From assembly GCA_025360395.1 (NCBI GenBank), contig JANYCH010000199.1, positions 1 through 33,910 of the forward strand: a stretch of DNA of 33,910 nucleotides. The letters are read 5' to 3'. Below, piece by piece: positions 1-10,183 of the stretch. Position 1 is the stretch's first letter. Each line of letters starts with the position of its first letter. This DNA comes from Cytophagales bacterium (GTDB lineage Bacteria; Bacteroidota; Bacteroidia; Cytophagales; UBA9547). The position numbers were made by a program, and so were the translations under genes. The notes under the pieces were generated by a model. That model had not been told where the DNA came from. It did not search any database and was given only the letters and a program-made list of their open reading frames with translations.

Positions 1-101
1 TACTTATATCTTTTCAACAATTGAGAATGTGTTAATTTCTTTTGGGAAAAGGAATAAGAGCTACAAATTAAAATCAAGATTACCAGGTATGCTTTTTTCA
101 T
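1..101 (-). CDS. 5' part of a secreted protein (runs off window edge)
   Basis: Manual translation from ATG at 101: MKKAYLVILILICSSYSFSQKKLTHSQLLKRYK, open to position 1. Sec signal peptide with S-F-S|Q cleavage site; starts 26 nt after the dusB stop. Confidence 0.7.
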   Translation of the reverse strand, partial: MKKAYLVILILICSSYSFSQKKLTHSQLLKRYK

Positions 102-127
102 AAGGTTAAATAAGAAGTATTATAAAT

Positions 128-1114
128 TCATGCTGGCTGTAAAAAATTGTTACTTATTTCATCAAGTATTTCACAAACGCCTTCATAAGTTTTTGCTTCA
201 ACTAATTGTAGCCTATATGGTTTAAAATCGGGAATTCCTTTAAAATAATTGGTGTAATGTGGTCTCATTTCAAAAATACCTGTTATAGGGCCTTTCCATT
301 TTATAGAAAATTCAAGATGTTTCTTAACGGTTCTTACCCTTTCTTCCATATCTGGAACCGGAACTAAAGTACCATCTCTAAAAAAAGATTTTATTTCTTT
401 AAAAATCCAGGGATAACCAATTGCCGCCCTTCCAATCATGAGTCCATCAACTCCATAGCGATTTTTATATTCCAGGGCTTTTTGTGGTGAATCTATATCT
501 CCGTTTCCAAATACAGGAATTCTGAAATTGGGTAAATTTTTAACATCAGCAATTAAACTCCAATCAGCCTCTCCCTTGTACATTTGTGCCCTGGTCCTAC
601 CATGTATGGTAAGTGCACTTATTCCAACATCGTATAGTCTCTGAGCAGCTTCAATAACATTTTTGGTACTATCATCCCATCCTAATCTGGTCTTAACAGT
701 AACAGGACGTTTACATATTTTAACAATTTCGGAAGTAATTTGCTGCATTTTAGGTAAATCGCGCAGTAAACCGGCACCTGCTCCTTTGCATGCAACATTT
801 TTTACTGGGCATCCGTAGTTAATATCAACAAGGTCGGGATTACATTCGTCTGCTATTCGAGCAGCTTCCCTCATAACATCCACTTTATCACCAAATATCT
901 GGATCCCAAGTGGCCTTTCATATTCGTAAAAATCTAATTTATGCGTGCTTTTAAAAGCATTTCTGGTTAATCCTTCTGAAGAAATAAATTCGGTATACAT
1001 CAAGTCGGCACCGTTCTCTTTGCAGACAGCCCTAAATGGAGGGTCACTAACATCTTCCATTGGCGCCAACAAAAGAGGAAATTCTCCTAACTCGACTTCT
1101 CTGATTTTTACCAT
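128..1114 (-). CDS. dusB: tRNA-dihydrouridine synthase DusB
   Basis: LAPMEDVSD N-terminus, catalytic NYGCP, TVKTRLG, HGRT, GNGDI and MIGRAA motifs of the Dus family. Confidence 0.93.
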   Translation of the reverse strand: MVKIREVELGEFPLLLAPMEDVSDPPFRAVCKENGADLMYTEFISSEGLTRNAFKSTHKLDFYEYERPLGIQIFGDKVDVMREAARIADECNPDLVDINYGCPVKNVACKGAGAGLLRDLPKMQQITSEIVKICKRPVTVKTRLGWDDSTKNVIEAAQRLYDVGISALTIHGRTRAQMYKGEADWSLIADVKNLPNFRIPVFGNGDIDSPQKALEYKNRYGVDGLMIGRAAIGYPWIFKEIKSFFRDGTLVPVPDMEERVRTVKKHLEFSIKWKGPITGIFEMRPHYTNYFKGIPDFKPYRLQLVEAKTYEGVCEILDEISNNFLQPA

Positions 1115-1138
1115 TCACTTCAATTCAAACCTAAATAT

Positions 1139-1163
1139 AAAAAAAAGGGCCTTAGCCCTTTTT
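1139..1163 (-). terminator. Intrinsic terminator after response regulator gene
   Basis: Minus strand reads AAAAAGGGC-TAAG-GCCC followed by T8, 23 nt after the regulator stop. Confidence 0.7.
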
Positions 1164-1186
1164 AATTAGTTGCTTTTAAATAATAA

Positions 1187-1825
1187 TTAATTGCTAAACA
1201 TCATATTATCGTGAACATATTTCAATAACTCAGCAACGTTTTTTATCCTAAGTTTCCTGAAAATATTAGTCCTGTGAGATTCTACAGTTTTTAGACTGAT
1301 GAACATCCTTTCAGAAATTTCTTTATTTGTAAGACCGTCCTGAATTAATTTAATGATTTCAATTTCTCTCTTTGAAAGATGTTTCCTCGAAACACCGGTC
1401 GCATCAACCATTTGTGCTTTTCTTTGAATCAAATCTTTTGATAAATATTCTTTACCACTTTGAACAAGATTAATGGCTTCAAAAAGTTCTTCTTTAGGAG
1501 AGTTCTTAGTCAGATAACCTGAAACACCCATTGTAAAAAGCTTTTTCACATAGGCTATCTCAGTTTGCACTGAAAGTATTATTATTTTTATCCAGGGAAA
1601 ACGATTCCTGATCACCGAAGTAGCTTCAACACCATTCATTTCTGGCATGAAGATATCCATCAATATAATATCGGTTTTTACTTTTTCAAGTACTGTTATT
1701 AAATCTTTACCATTTGTTGCCTCCCCTACTATCTCAAAATTTTTGTTTTCAGAAAGCAACAATTCCATTGCTTTTCTAATCATTAAGTGGTCTTCAGCTA
1801 GAACTATCCTTATTTTACTACTCAT
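1187..1825 (-). CDS. NarL/FixJ-family response regulator (REC + LuxR HTH)
   Basis: AEDH acidic pocket, ILMDI phospho-Asp, GYLTK, and C-terminal LSKREIEI...GLTNKEISERMFISLKTVESHRTNIFRKL HTH. Confidence 0.93.
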   Translation of the reverse strand: MSSKIRIVLAEDHLMIRKAMELLLSENKNFEIVGEATNGKDLITVLEKVKTDIILMDIFMPEMNGVEATSVIRNRFPWIKIIILSVQTEIAYVKKLFTMGVSGYLTKNSPKEELFEAINLVQSGKEYLSKDLIQRKAQMVDATGVSRKHLSKREIEIIKLIQDGLTNKEISERMFISLKTVESHRTNIFRKLRIKNVAELLKYVHDNMMFSN

Positions 1826-1914
1826 AATTATTCAGTTGCACCTTAAAATTTAACGTATTTTTTTACTAAAAAGTTGCATTTTTTTAATTGTAAGTAGTTT
1901 GCTTTGTCAGGCTA

Positions 1915-4182
1915 TTATTTAGAAACTGAGGCTCTTATGATATTCAATGCCCCACCTGCTTTAAACCATTCTATTTGTTGATCGTTGTAACTGTGATTTA
2001 CCAGGATATCATCTGAAGAACCATCTTTATGATGGAGAACAACGGTAAGGGATACACCTGGTGCGAAACTAGTCAAGCCAACTATATCAATAACATCATC
2101 TTCCAGTATTTTGTTATAATCATCCTTATTTGCAAAAGTAAGGGCTAACATACCTTGTTTTTTAAGGTTTGTTTCATGTATCCTTGCAAAGGATTTGACT
2201 AAAACTGCCCTAACACCAAGATGCCTTGGTTCCATTGCAGCATGCTCTCTTGAAGAACCCTCACCGTAATTTTCGTCACCTACCACTATAGTACCAATTC
2301 TTTCAGCTTTGTATTGCCTTTGTACTTTAGGCACCGGCTCGTATACACCTTTCAATTGATTTTTTACACTATCTGATTTATCATTGAAGTAGTTGATTGC
2401 TCCAATGAGCATATTATTTGAAATATTATCAAGGTGGCCTCTATATTTCAACCAAGGCCCTGCCATTGAAATATGATCAGTAGTACATTTACCTTTAGCC
2501 TTAATTAACAACCTAAGACCTTTAAGGTCTACTCCTTCCCAAGCCGGGAAAGGATCAAGTAACTGAAGTCTGTCTGAAGTAGGTGAAACTGCTACCTGAA
2601 TGTGGCTGCCATCTTCTGAAGGCGCCTGAAAACCAGCATCTTCAACAGCAAAACCATTTACTGGAAGTTCATATCCTTTCGGCGGGTCCAACTTAACTTT
2701 TTCTCCGCTCTCATTTGTAAGATAATCCGTCAATGGATTAAATCCTAAATCTCCAGCTATTGCTAAGGCAGTTACTAGTTCTGGAGAAGCAACAAAAGCA
2801 TAAGTATTTGGGTTACCATCTGCTCTTTTAGCAAAATTCCTATTAAAAGAATGTACAATAGTATTTTTCTCCTCTTTTTCAGCACCTACCCTTGCCCACA
2901 TCCCAATACAGGGCCCACATGCGTTTGCAAAAACTTTAGCACCAATTTTATTAAAAATATTTAAATACCCATCTCTCTCAATTGTAAATCTTACTTGCTC
3001 AGATCCGGGGGTGATAGTGAATTCGGCTTTAGTTTTCAATCCTTTTGCGGCTACTTGTTCTGCAAGTGAGGCAGCTCTCGAAATATCTTCATAAGAAGAA
3101 TTTGTACAAGAACCGATCAAACCAACTTCGATTTTTAAAGGCCAGCCATGTTTTAGTGCTTCTTCTTTTACTTTTGAAATAGGAGTAGCAAGATCTGGTG
3201 AAAATGGGCCGTTTAAATGTGGCTCCAATGTATTTAAATCAATTTCAATAACCTGGTCAAAGTATTTTGTAGGATCATTATATACCTCAGGATCAGCATT
3301 TAAGAATTCTTTAATAGAGTTTGCCAGGTCTGCAATATCTGCCCTATTAGTTGAGCGCAAATATCTTTCCATACTTTCATCATAACCGAAGGTGGAAGTT
3401 GTGGCACCCACTTCTGCCCCCATATTTGAAATGGTTCCCTTTCCTGTACAACTCATGGAGGTAACTCCTTCACCAAAATATTCAATAATGCATCCTGTAC
3501 CGCCTTTTACTGTCAGTATTCCAGCAACTTTTAAAATTACATCTTTAGGGGCTGTCCATCCGCTTAGTTTACCAGTAAGTTTAACCCCTATCAGCTTCGG
3601 CCATTTTAACTCCCACGGAAGTCCTGCCATCACATCACACGCATCTGCACCACCAACCCCGATAGCTATCATTCCAAGACCACCTGCATTTACAGTATGG
3701 GAATCTGTGCCTATCATTAATCCACCTGGAAATGCATAATTTTCAAGCACAACCTGGTGAATTATTCCTGCCCCTGCTTTCCAAAAACCTATTCCATATT
3801 TATCAGATACGGAAGACAAGAAGTTATATACTTCTTTATTTTCAAGTTCTGCTTTAGTTAAATCTTCTGAAGATCCTACTTTAGCTGTAATCAAATGGTC
3901 GCAATGGACAGTAGAAGGAACTGCTACCTTTGGCCTGCCAGCCTGCATAAATTGTAATAATGCCATTTGAGCAGTGGCATCTTGCATGGCGACCCTGTCA
4001 GGTTTAAAATCAACATAGGATTTTCCTCTTTCATATATTCGGGAAGCATTACCTTCGTCCAAATGTGAATAAAGAATTTTTTCAGTTAAGGTTAACGGTC
4101 TTCCTAGAATATTACGTGCTGCTTGAACACGTTGAGGCATACGTGAGTAAACCCCTTTTATCATTTCAATATCAAACGCCAT
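1915..4182 (-). CDS. acnA: Aconitate hydratase (mitochondrial-like type common in Bacteroidota)
   Basis: [23 protein letters not shown], Fe-S ligands GSCTN and CGPCIG, TTDHIS and GSSREHA motifs; 755 aa. Confidence 0.95.
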   Translation of the reverse strand: MAFDIEMIKGVYSRMPQRVQAARNILGRPLTLTEKILYSHLDEGNASRIYERGKSYVDFKPDRVAMQDATAQMALLQFMQAGRPKVAVPSTVHCDHLITAKVGSSEDLTKAELENKEVYNFLSSVSDKYGIGFWKAGAGIIHQVVLENYAFPGGLMIGTDSHTVNAGGLGMIAIGVGGADACDVMAGLPWELKWPKLIGVKLTGKLSGWTAPKDVILKVAGILTVKGGTGCIIEYFGEGVTSMSCTGKGTISNMGAEVGATTSTFGYDESMERYLRSTNRADIADLANSIKEFLNADPEVYNDPTKYFDQVIEIDLNTLEPHLNGPFSPDLATPISKVKEEALKHGWPLKIEVGLIGSCTNSSYEDISRAASLAEQVAAKGLKTKAEFTITPGSEQVRFTIERDGYLNIFNKIGAKVFANACGPCIGMWARVGAEKEEKNTIVHSFNRNFAKRADGNPNTYAFVASPELVTALAIAGDLGFNPLTDYLTNESGEKVKLDPPKGYELPVNGFAVEDAGFQAPSEDGSHIQVAVSPTSDRLQLLDPFPAWEGVDLKGLRLLIKAKGKCTTDHISMAGPWLKYRGHLDNISNNMLIGAINYFNDKSDSVKNQLKGVYEPVPKVQRQYKAERIGTIVVGDENYGEGSSREHAAMEPRHLGVRAVLVKSFARIHETNLKKQGMLALTFANKDDYNKILEDDVIDIVGLTSFAPGVSLTVVLHHKDGSSDDILVNHSYNDQQIEWFKAGGALNIIRASVSK

Positions 4183-4396
4183 GTCTGAAGGTGTGTTTAA
4201 TGTAAATCATTTCTACGCGCAATTTATAATAATTAGCTTACAATTGAATAATGTAAGACACAGAAAGCAATTTCCATACTAATTTTATACAAAAATGCTA
4301 TATAAACAATGTAATCAACAAGGCAATTTTGTTATTAATTGTTTTTTAATTTCAGAATATACAATTTTGAATTGCCTGATATCAATAGTATCTAAA

Positions 4397-5173
4397 ATGA
4401 ATCTTTTAAAAATATTTTTCTTCAGTTCTTTGTTGATATCTCAAACTTATGCAGGGGAACTTACAGTAGTGGGAGAATATCATGGAAAAAATATTTATGT
4501 CCAAAATCCTTATTCTTTAGAAAAAAATGAATACTGTGTTCAGGAAGTTTATTTGAATAATGAAATATTAAAAACTCCTTTTAAAAGCAGCGCATTTGAA
4601 ATTGACTTATCAACACTGCCACTTCATAGTCAGGTCATTATAAGAATCTTATTTAAAGATGATTGTAAGCCTAAAATTTTAAATTTAAACGTAATTAAAA
4701 CACATGTAAAGTTTCATTTTTCAGACTTCACTATTGATGATGAAAAACTTTCATGGAGCACTACCGGTGAAAAAGTTCCTGGTAAATTTTTCATTGAGAA
4801 AACAATGCATAATTCCTGGGTAGTAATAAAAGAAATTGAATCGAATGGAGGCTTAGGCCTAAACCATTACTCTATTGAAGAAATTCACCATTCCGGATCA
4901 AATAAATATAGAATTAAATTTAAAGAAGGCCTTGATCATTTTCAATATTCAAAAGTCATAGAATATCATTCAAAAAAGAAAGCTATTACATTTTCTCCCA
5001 AAAAGCCCTCCGATATTATAAAATTCAGTGATACAACAGATTACGAAGTTGTAAATTTGCAAGGAAATTCTCTTCTGAAAGGCAGGGGAAATTCTGTCAA
5101 TGTTTCAACAATTACACCTGGTATATACTATCTAAACCTGGATAACAGAACAGAAAAAATTATAAAACGTTAA
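4397..5173 (+). CDS. Secreted protein with probable T9SS type A C-terminal sorting domain
   Basis: The ATG at 4397 gives a signal peptide (MNLLKIFFFSSLLISQTYA) and is preferred over 4295. The C-terminus YEVVNLQGN...VNVSTITPGIYYLNLDNRTEKIIKR fits the CTD pattern. Overlaps the convergent lpxK by 14 bp. Confidence 0.7.
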   Translation: MNLLKIFFFSSLLISQTYAGELTVVGEYHGKNIYVQNPYSLEKNEYCVQEVYLNNEILKTPFKSSAFEIDLSTLPLHSQVIIRILFKDDCKPKILNLNVIKTHVKFHFSDFTIDDEKLSWSTTGEKVPGKFFIEKTMHNSWVVIKEIESNGGLGLNHYSIEEIHHSGSNKYRIKFKEGLDHFQYSKVIEYHSKKKAITFSPKKPSDIIKFSDTTDYEVVNLQGNSLLKGRGNSVNVSTITPGIYYLNLDNRTEKIIKR

Positions 5174-6188
5174 CTTTTTCATTTAGGATCTTAAAAAAAA
5201 CCTCTCTCCCTGACAAAAACTCAATATTAATAGGAAGATAGAAAACCGGAATTAGCAATAATTCCTTTTTCCAAACTTTTAACCTTGCAAAATCCTTTTC
5301 TGTGGTTAAGACTGGTAAATTATTTTTTTTCATTTCTGAAATATCTGAAAGAGAAAATTCGTAGTGATCGTTATAAACGAATTTTGAAGAAATTAAATAC
5401 TCCTTTTCACAATGTGATATAAACGGGCCAGGGTTATCTATCCCGCAAATGAGGTTAAATCTTTTCGGAATTTCATTGCAAGTTCCTAGTCCCAGTAAAG
5501 GGTTGGAATACTTAATTTTAGTATAAAATATTGGGGTGCTAATTCTTGCATATTTATTTATTTTTACTTCTATTTTTTTCCTGTCGTTCTGATTTAATGT
5601 TTCCGGACATTTGGAAACAACAACAATATCAGCCCTTCTAGCTCCTGTTCTCGATTCTCTTAACCTGCCAAATGGCAAGAGAAAGTCATCATAAAAAGGT
5701 CTGTTAAATTCTGTAAGTAAAATATTGATTTTTGATGTTAATGGCCGATGCTGAAATGCGTCGTCTAACAATATAATCTCAGTGTCGCTATTCTTTTGTA
5801 GTATAGACTTAATACCATGGGGACGCTTTTCATCAACATACACATTAATACTGTCCTTGAACTTAGCGAAATATTGCAAGGGTTCATCTCCAATATCCTG
5901 TGAGGTACTTTTTTCATTCGCAACCACAAAACCTTTGGTCTTCCTTCCATATCCTCTGCTTAAAATGCTGATTTTCCACCCGGAGCTTTTATATTCATTA
6001 ATTAAAAATTCAATAAAAGGAGTTTTACCAGTCCCTCCCACTCTTAAATTTCCAATGCAAATGATCGGAACATCAAAAGATTCTGATTTTAAAAAACCTA
6101 TATCAAAAAGGAAATTTCGTAAAAAGGTAATTGCATTATAAAGGCATGCAAAAGGAAATAATAATAAAGACAGTATTTTCAAGGGCAT
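5160..6188 (-). CDS. lpxK: Tetraacyldisaccharide 4'-kinase
   Basis: IGNLRVGGTGKTP P-loop, SRGYGR, GDEP, LLDDAFQH, LPFGRLRE and TTEKD motifs. Confidence 0.95.
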   Translation of the reverse strand: MPLKILSLLLFPFACLYNAITFLRNFLFDIGFLKSESFDVPIICIGNLRVGGTGKTPFIEFLINEYKSSGWKISILSRGYGRKTKGFVVANEKSTSQDIGDEPLQYFAKFKDSINVYVDEKRPHGIKSILQKNSDTEIILLDDAFQHRPLTSKINILLTEFNRPFYDDFLLPFGRLRESRTGARRADIVVVSKCPETLNQNDRKKIEVKINKYARISTPIFYTKIKYSNPLLGLGTCNEIPKRFNLICGIDNPGPFISHCEKEYLISSKFVYNDHYEFSLSDISEMKKNNLPVLTTEKDFARLKVWKKELLLIPVFYLPINIEFLSGREVFFKILNEKVNVL

Positions 6189-6249
6189 TATATATAGTAA
6201 GAGACCAAAATAAGAGAAATTATTGTGTTAATAATTAGAAAAATGTTTA

Positions 6250-6257
6250 TAAATTTG
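6250..6257 (+). promoter_or_regulatory. Bacteroidota primary-sigma -7 element for the yceD-rpmF operon
   Basis: TAAATTTG matches TAnnTTTG, 20 nt before the yceD TTG start. No clear -33 TTTG. Confidence 0.55.
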
Positions 6258-6277
6258 CGACCTTATTTTCAAAGTCG

Positions 6278-6808
6278 TTGAAAGGGTTGAAAAATTTAGT
6301 GATAGAAATCTTCCAGCTTAAGGCAGGCATACATCACTATGACTTTGAAATAAAAGATTCGTTCTTTCAATTGATGGGTACTTCTCTTATTGAGAAAGGA
6401 AATTTAAGGGCTGAAGTGATTCTGGATAAGAACACCGACTTCTTTAAATTGAATTTTCTAATTAAAGGTCATGTAAATTTAACATGCGATCGTTCGTTAG
6501 AAGAGTTTGAACAATATATAGACTTAAATAAAAGTCTGATTATCAGGTATGGGGAAAAAACGGAAGAAGTTAGTGATGATTTAGAAACCATTACGTCTGA
6601 CACTTTGACCATTGATCTTGGAAGATATATTTATGAATATATCGGACTTGAAATACCATATAAGAAGTTACACCCACGGTTTAGGGAGCAAGTTTCTTCA
6701 AGTGACCAGGATCCACTGGTTTACCAAACAGAAACTTACAAAAAAAGTGATTTAGAGGATGATATTGATCCTCGTTGGAAAGCATTATTGAAACTTAAGG
6801 ATAATTAA
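6278..6808 (+). CDS. yceD: YceD/DUF177 family protein
   Basis: CDRSLE motif, C-terminal [11 protein letters not shown], and conserved position directly upstream of rpmF. Confidence 0.9.
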   Translation: MKGLKNLVIEIFQLKAGIHHYDFEIKDSFFQLMGTSLIEKGNLRAEVILDKNTDFFKLNFLIKGHVNLTCDRSLEEFEQYIDLNKSLIIRYGEKTEEVSDDLETITSDTLTIDLGRYIYEYIGLEIPYKKLHPRFREQVSSSDQDPLVYQTETYKKSDLEDDIDPRWKALLKLKDN

Positions 6809-6822
6809 AAAGAAAATTAAAA

Positions 6823-7014
6823 ATGGCACATCCCAAGCATAGAACCTCTAAAGCAAAAAGAGATAAAAGAAGGAGCCATCACAAAATAGCTGACAAAGCT
6901 ATTGCGATATGTCCAACAACAGGTATGCCACATCTTTATCATAGAGCTCATTGGCACGAAGGTAAGCTTTACTACAAAGGCAAAGTAGTAATTGATAAAA
7001 CACCGACTGTTTAA
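6823..7014 (+). CDS. rpmF: 50S ribosomal protein bL32
   Basis: [20 protein letters not shown]-terminus and YYKGKVV; 63 aa. Confidence 0.97.
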   Translation: MAHPKHRTSKAKRDKRRSHHKIADKAIAICPTTGMPHLYHRAHWHEGKLYYKGKVVIDKTPTV

Positions 7015-7026
7015 CCTGGTCAATTC

Positions 7027-7977
7027 ATGAGAATTGCAGTAGATGCGATGGGCGGGGACAATGCTCCTGACCTCGTTATTGAAGGAGCTATTTTAGCAAG
7101 CAAAGAATTAGCTTCAGAAACTAAACTAATTCTAATTGGAGATGAAACGATAATCACTTCAATTTTGAATAAAAATGGTGGTAAACCTTCCAATATTGAA
7201 GTTGTTCACGCTTCAGAAACTGTTGGTATGGACGAACATCCTACCAAAGCTATATCCCAAAAAAAGGATTCGAGTATCATTGTAGGATACCAGCTTTTAG
7301 CTTCCAAACAAGCAGATTTATTCTGTAGTGCTGGCAATACCGGTGCAATGCTAGTTGGAGCCATGTTTACAATTAAACCAATAGAAGGTGTCTTACGCCC
7401 AGGTATTGCTGGTTTTATTCCGCAAATATCCGGCAGATACGGAATCCTAATGGATGTTGGGGCTAATACTGACTGTAAACCGGAAGTTTTAGTCCAGTTT
7501 GCAGAAATGGCAAGCATTTTTGCTACAGATCTTTATCAAATTGAAAAACCCAGAGTTGGTTTAATAAATGTAGGAGAGGAAGAGCAAAAGGGTTCCTTGC
7601 TAACACAGGCCACTTATCAACTGCTAAAAGTTAATCCCAATATAAATTTCGTTGGCAATCTCGAAGGAAGAGATATCTACAGCGATAAGGTTGATGTAAT
7701 GGTTTGTGATGGCTTTGTAGGAAATGTTATCCTTAAAGCATCAGAAGGGATTTATCCTTTATTAAAGAAAAGAAATTTTACAGATGCCTTTATAGACATG
7801 TTTCATTGGGAAACTGTTGGTGGCAGTCCTATTTTAGGTGTTAACGGCGATGTTGTTATTGGCCATGGGTCATCTGGCAAGATGGCAATCAAAAACATGA
7901 TTTTGCTCTCTCAAAATCTCGCAAAATCTGAAATATCAAAAAAAATCAAAAACGCTTACAGTAAAGTAAGTTCTTAG
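7027..7977 (+). CDS. plsX: Phosphate acyltransferase PlsX
   Basis: IAVDAMGGDNAP, SAGNTGA, DVGAN, NVGEEEQKG, CDGFVGN and HGSS motifs. Confidence 0.96.
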   Translation: MRIAVDAMGGDNAPDLVIEGAILASKELASETKLILIGDETIITSILNKNGGKPSNIEVVHASETVGMDEHPTKAISQKKDSSIIVGYQLLASKQADLFCSAGNTGAMLVGAMFTIKPIEGVLRPGIAGFIPQISGRYGILMDVGANTDCKPEVLVQFAEMASIFATDLYQIEKPRVGLINVGEEEQKGSLLTQATYQLLKVNPNINFVGNLEGRDIYSDKVDVMVCDGFVGNVILKASEGIYPLLKKRNFTDAFIDMFHWETVGGSPILGVNGDVVIGHGSSGKMAIKNMILLSQNLAKSEISKKIKNAYSKVSS

Positions 7978-7985
7978 CTACGCTA

Positions 7986-8984
7986 ATGTCAAAAAAAATC
8001 CGAGCAGCCATTACTGGAGTTGGAGGCCATGTTCCTGATTATATTCTTACGAATAAGGAATTGGAGAAAATGGTTGATACAAATGACGAGTGGATAACCT
8101 CCCGTACAGGCGTTAAAGAAAGACATATCTTAAAAGGCGATGGGATGGGAACATCTCATATGGGTGAAAAAGCAGTAAGAGATCTCCTTAGGAAGACTAA
8201 TACTGACCCAATGGAGATCGACATGATTTTATGTGCTACAGCTACACCAGATTATATTTTCCCTGCAACAGCCAATTTGATTTGCGATATGGTTGGAGCA
8301 AAGAATGCTTTTAGTTTTGATCTGCAAGCAGCCTGTTCTGGGTTTCTTTATGGGCTTGTCACAGCCCAACAATTTATAGAAACAGGCAAATACAAAAAAA
8401 TTATTGTTGTAGGGGCCGATAAGATGTCTTCTATTATTGACTACACTGACCGTAAAACCTGCATTATTTTTGGGGATGGGGCAGCAGCAGTTATGCTTGA
8501 ACCAGATGAATCTGGGAATGGAATTCAAGATAGTATTTTAAGAACTGATGGATCGGGCTTACCTTATCTTCACCTAAAAGCAGGAGGAAGCAGAAAACCA
8601 GCTTCTTTAGAAACTATACAAAACCGAGAACATTACGTTTTTCAGGAAGGTGCGACTGTATTTAAATTTGCCGTTACAAACATGGCAGGCGTTGCTGCAG
8701 AAATCATGGTAAGAAACAATCTTTCTTCGGACGATGTGGATTATCTTGTTCCACATCAGGCAAATAAAAGGATTATAGACGCTACAGCAGAAAGAATGGG
8801 TGTTGGCGAAGACAAGGTGTTAGTAAATATTGAAAAATACGGAAATACTACCGCAGCTACAATTCCACTTGTGTTGTGGGATTTTGAAAAAAACTTTAAA
8901 AAAGGCGATAATTTAATTTTAGCTGCATTTGGAGGAGGTTTTACATGGGGATCCTGCTATTTAAAATGGGCTTATAATTCTTAA
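7986..8984 (+). CDS. fabH: Beta-ketoacyl-ACP synthase III
   Basis: Cys-His-Asn triad: AACSGF, PHQAN, GNT; FGGGFTWG. Confidence 0.96.
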   Translation: MSKKIRAAITGVGGHVPDYILTNKELEKMVDTNDEWITSRTGVKERHILKGDGMGTSHMGEKAVRDLLRKTNTDPMEIDMILCATATPDYIFPATANLICDMVGAKNAFSFDLQAACSGFLYGLVTAQQFIETGKYKKIIVVGADKMSSIIDYTDRKTCIIFGDGAAAVMLEPDESGNGIQDSILRTDGSGLPYLHLKAGGSRKPASLETIQNREHYVFQEGATVFKFAVTNMAGVAAEIMVRNNLSSDDVDYLVPHQANKRIIDATAERMGVGEDKVLVNIEKYGNTTAATIPLVLWDFEKNFKKGDNLILAAFGGGFTWGSCYLKWAYNS

Positions 8985-8990
8985 AAATAA

Positions 8991-9554
8991 ATGGCTTCGA
9001 CAGCAGATTTTAAAACCGGTTTGTGTTTAAATTTCAAAAATGATCTTTACACAATTGTTGACTTTCAGCATGTTAAGCCTGGTAAAGGTCCTGCCTTTGT
9101 GAGAAGTAAACTGAAAAGTTTGACTACTGGCCGCGTAATAGAAAACACTTTCACTGCTGGCGAAAAAGTAGATACAGCCAGAATTGAAACACGTCCCCAC
9201 CAATATCTTTTCAAAGAAGAAAGTGGATATACTTTTATGGACAGTGAAAATTTTGAACAGGTTACTATTCCTTCAAAACTTGTATCTGGGTTTGAATTTA
9301 TGAAAGAAGGACAGGAAGTGACAATCCTGTTTCATGCTGAAACGGAAAAGGCACTTTCTTGTGAATTGCCACCTTTTGTTGCACTACAAGTGACTTATAC
9401 TGAACCAGCAGTTAAAGGAAATACGTCTTCAAATGCGATGAAATCTGCAACTCTTGAAACAGGGGCTGTAATAAACGTACCTATGTTTATTGAACAGGAT
9501 GAATGGATCAAGGTTGATACCAGAGATGGATCTTATTATGAGAGAGTAAAATAA
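8991..9554 (+). CDS. efp: Translation elongation factor P
   Basis: HVKPGKGPAFVR loop with the conserved Lys, LETGA and VDTRDGSY. Confidence 0.97.
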   Translation: MASTADFKTGLCLNFKNDLYTIVDFQHVKPGKGPAFVRSKLKSLTTGRVIENTFTAGEKVDTARIETRPHQYLFKEESGYTFMDSENFEQVTIPSKLVSGFEFMKEGQEVTILFHAETEKALSCELPPFVALQVTYTEPAVKGNTSSNAMKSATLETGAVINVPMFIEQDEWIKVDTRDGSYYERVK

Positions 9555-9646
9555 AAGTGGTTTTTTCATTTTTTTCTAATAAACTTGAAGATTCAATAAG
9601 AAGAAATAAAATTTTGATTGACTTAATGGCTTAGCCTGACAATATT

Positions 9647-10135
9647 ATGAAACCAAAGGAAATTCAAGACCTTCTTGACTTTATTGCAAAATCCGGATTA
9701 GCAGAAGTCAGCATTGAAACAGAACAATGTAAAATTGTGGTAAAAAGAGATTCTATACAAGGCCATGCATTGCCACAAATGCATATTGCCCAACCTATTC
9801 AAAGCTTGCCAACGGCGCATCCGCATTCTTTGCCAACACACTTGCCAGCAAAAGCTAAAGAAGAAGATGTAGTACCTATTACATCAGAAGGTACTTATCT
9901 TACTATTAAATCCCCTATGATCGGTACTTTTTACCGCTCATCTAGTCCAGATTCGGATAATTTTGCAAACATAGGAGATACTATAAGTAAAGGACAGACT
10001 GTTTGTATTATCGAAGCAATGAAATTGTTTAACGAGATCGAAACAGATATAGCAGGAAGAATTGTAAAAATTCTTGTAGAAAATGCCACACCAGTTGAGT
10101 ATGACCAACCATTATTCCTTGTTGACCCGTCGTAA
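9647..10135 (+). CDS. accB: Acetyl-CoA carboxylase biotin carboxyl carrier protein
   Basis: SPMIGTFYR, EAMKL biotinylation motif, and Pro/His-rich linker. Confidence 0.96.
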   Translation: MKPKEIQDLLDFIAKSGLAEVSIETEQCKIVVKRDSIQGHALPQMHIAQPIQSLPTAHPHSLPTHLPAKAKEEDVVPITSEGTYLTIKSPMIGTFYRSSSPDSDNFANIGDTISKGQTVCIIEAMKLFNEIETDIAGRIVKILVENATPVEYDQPLFLVDPS

Positions 10136-10183
10136 GCCCATTTCTATTTAATTATTATTCATTATTAATCAATCATTAAGCTC

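Noticed and set aside
4295-4396. Upstream start of the T9SS protein
   Set aside because: The signal peptide begins at Met35 (4397); the extension lies in the AT-rich divergent promoter region.
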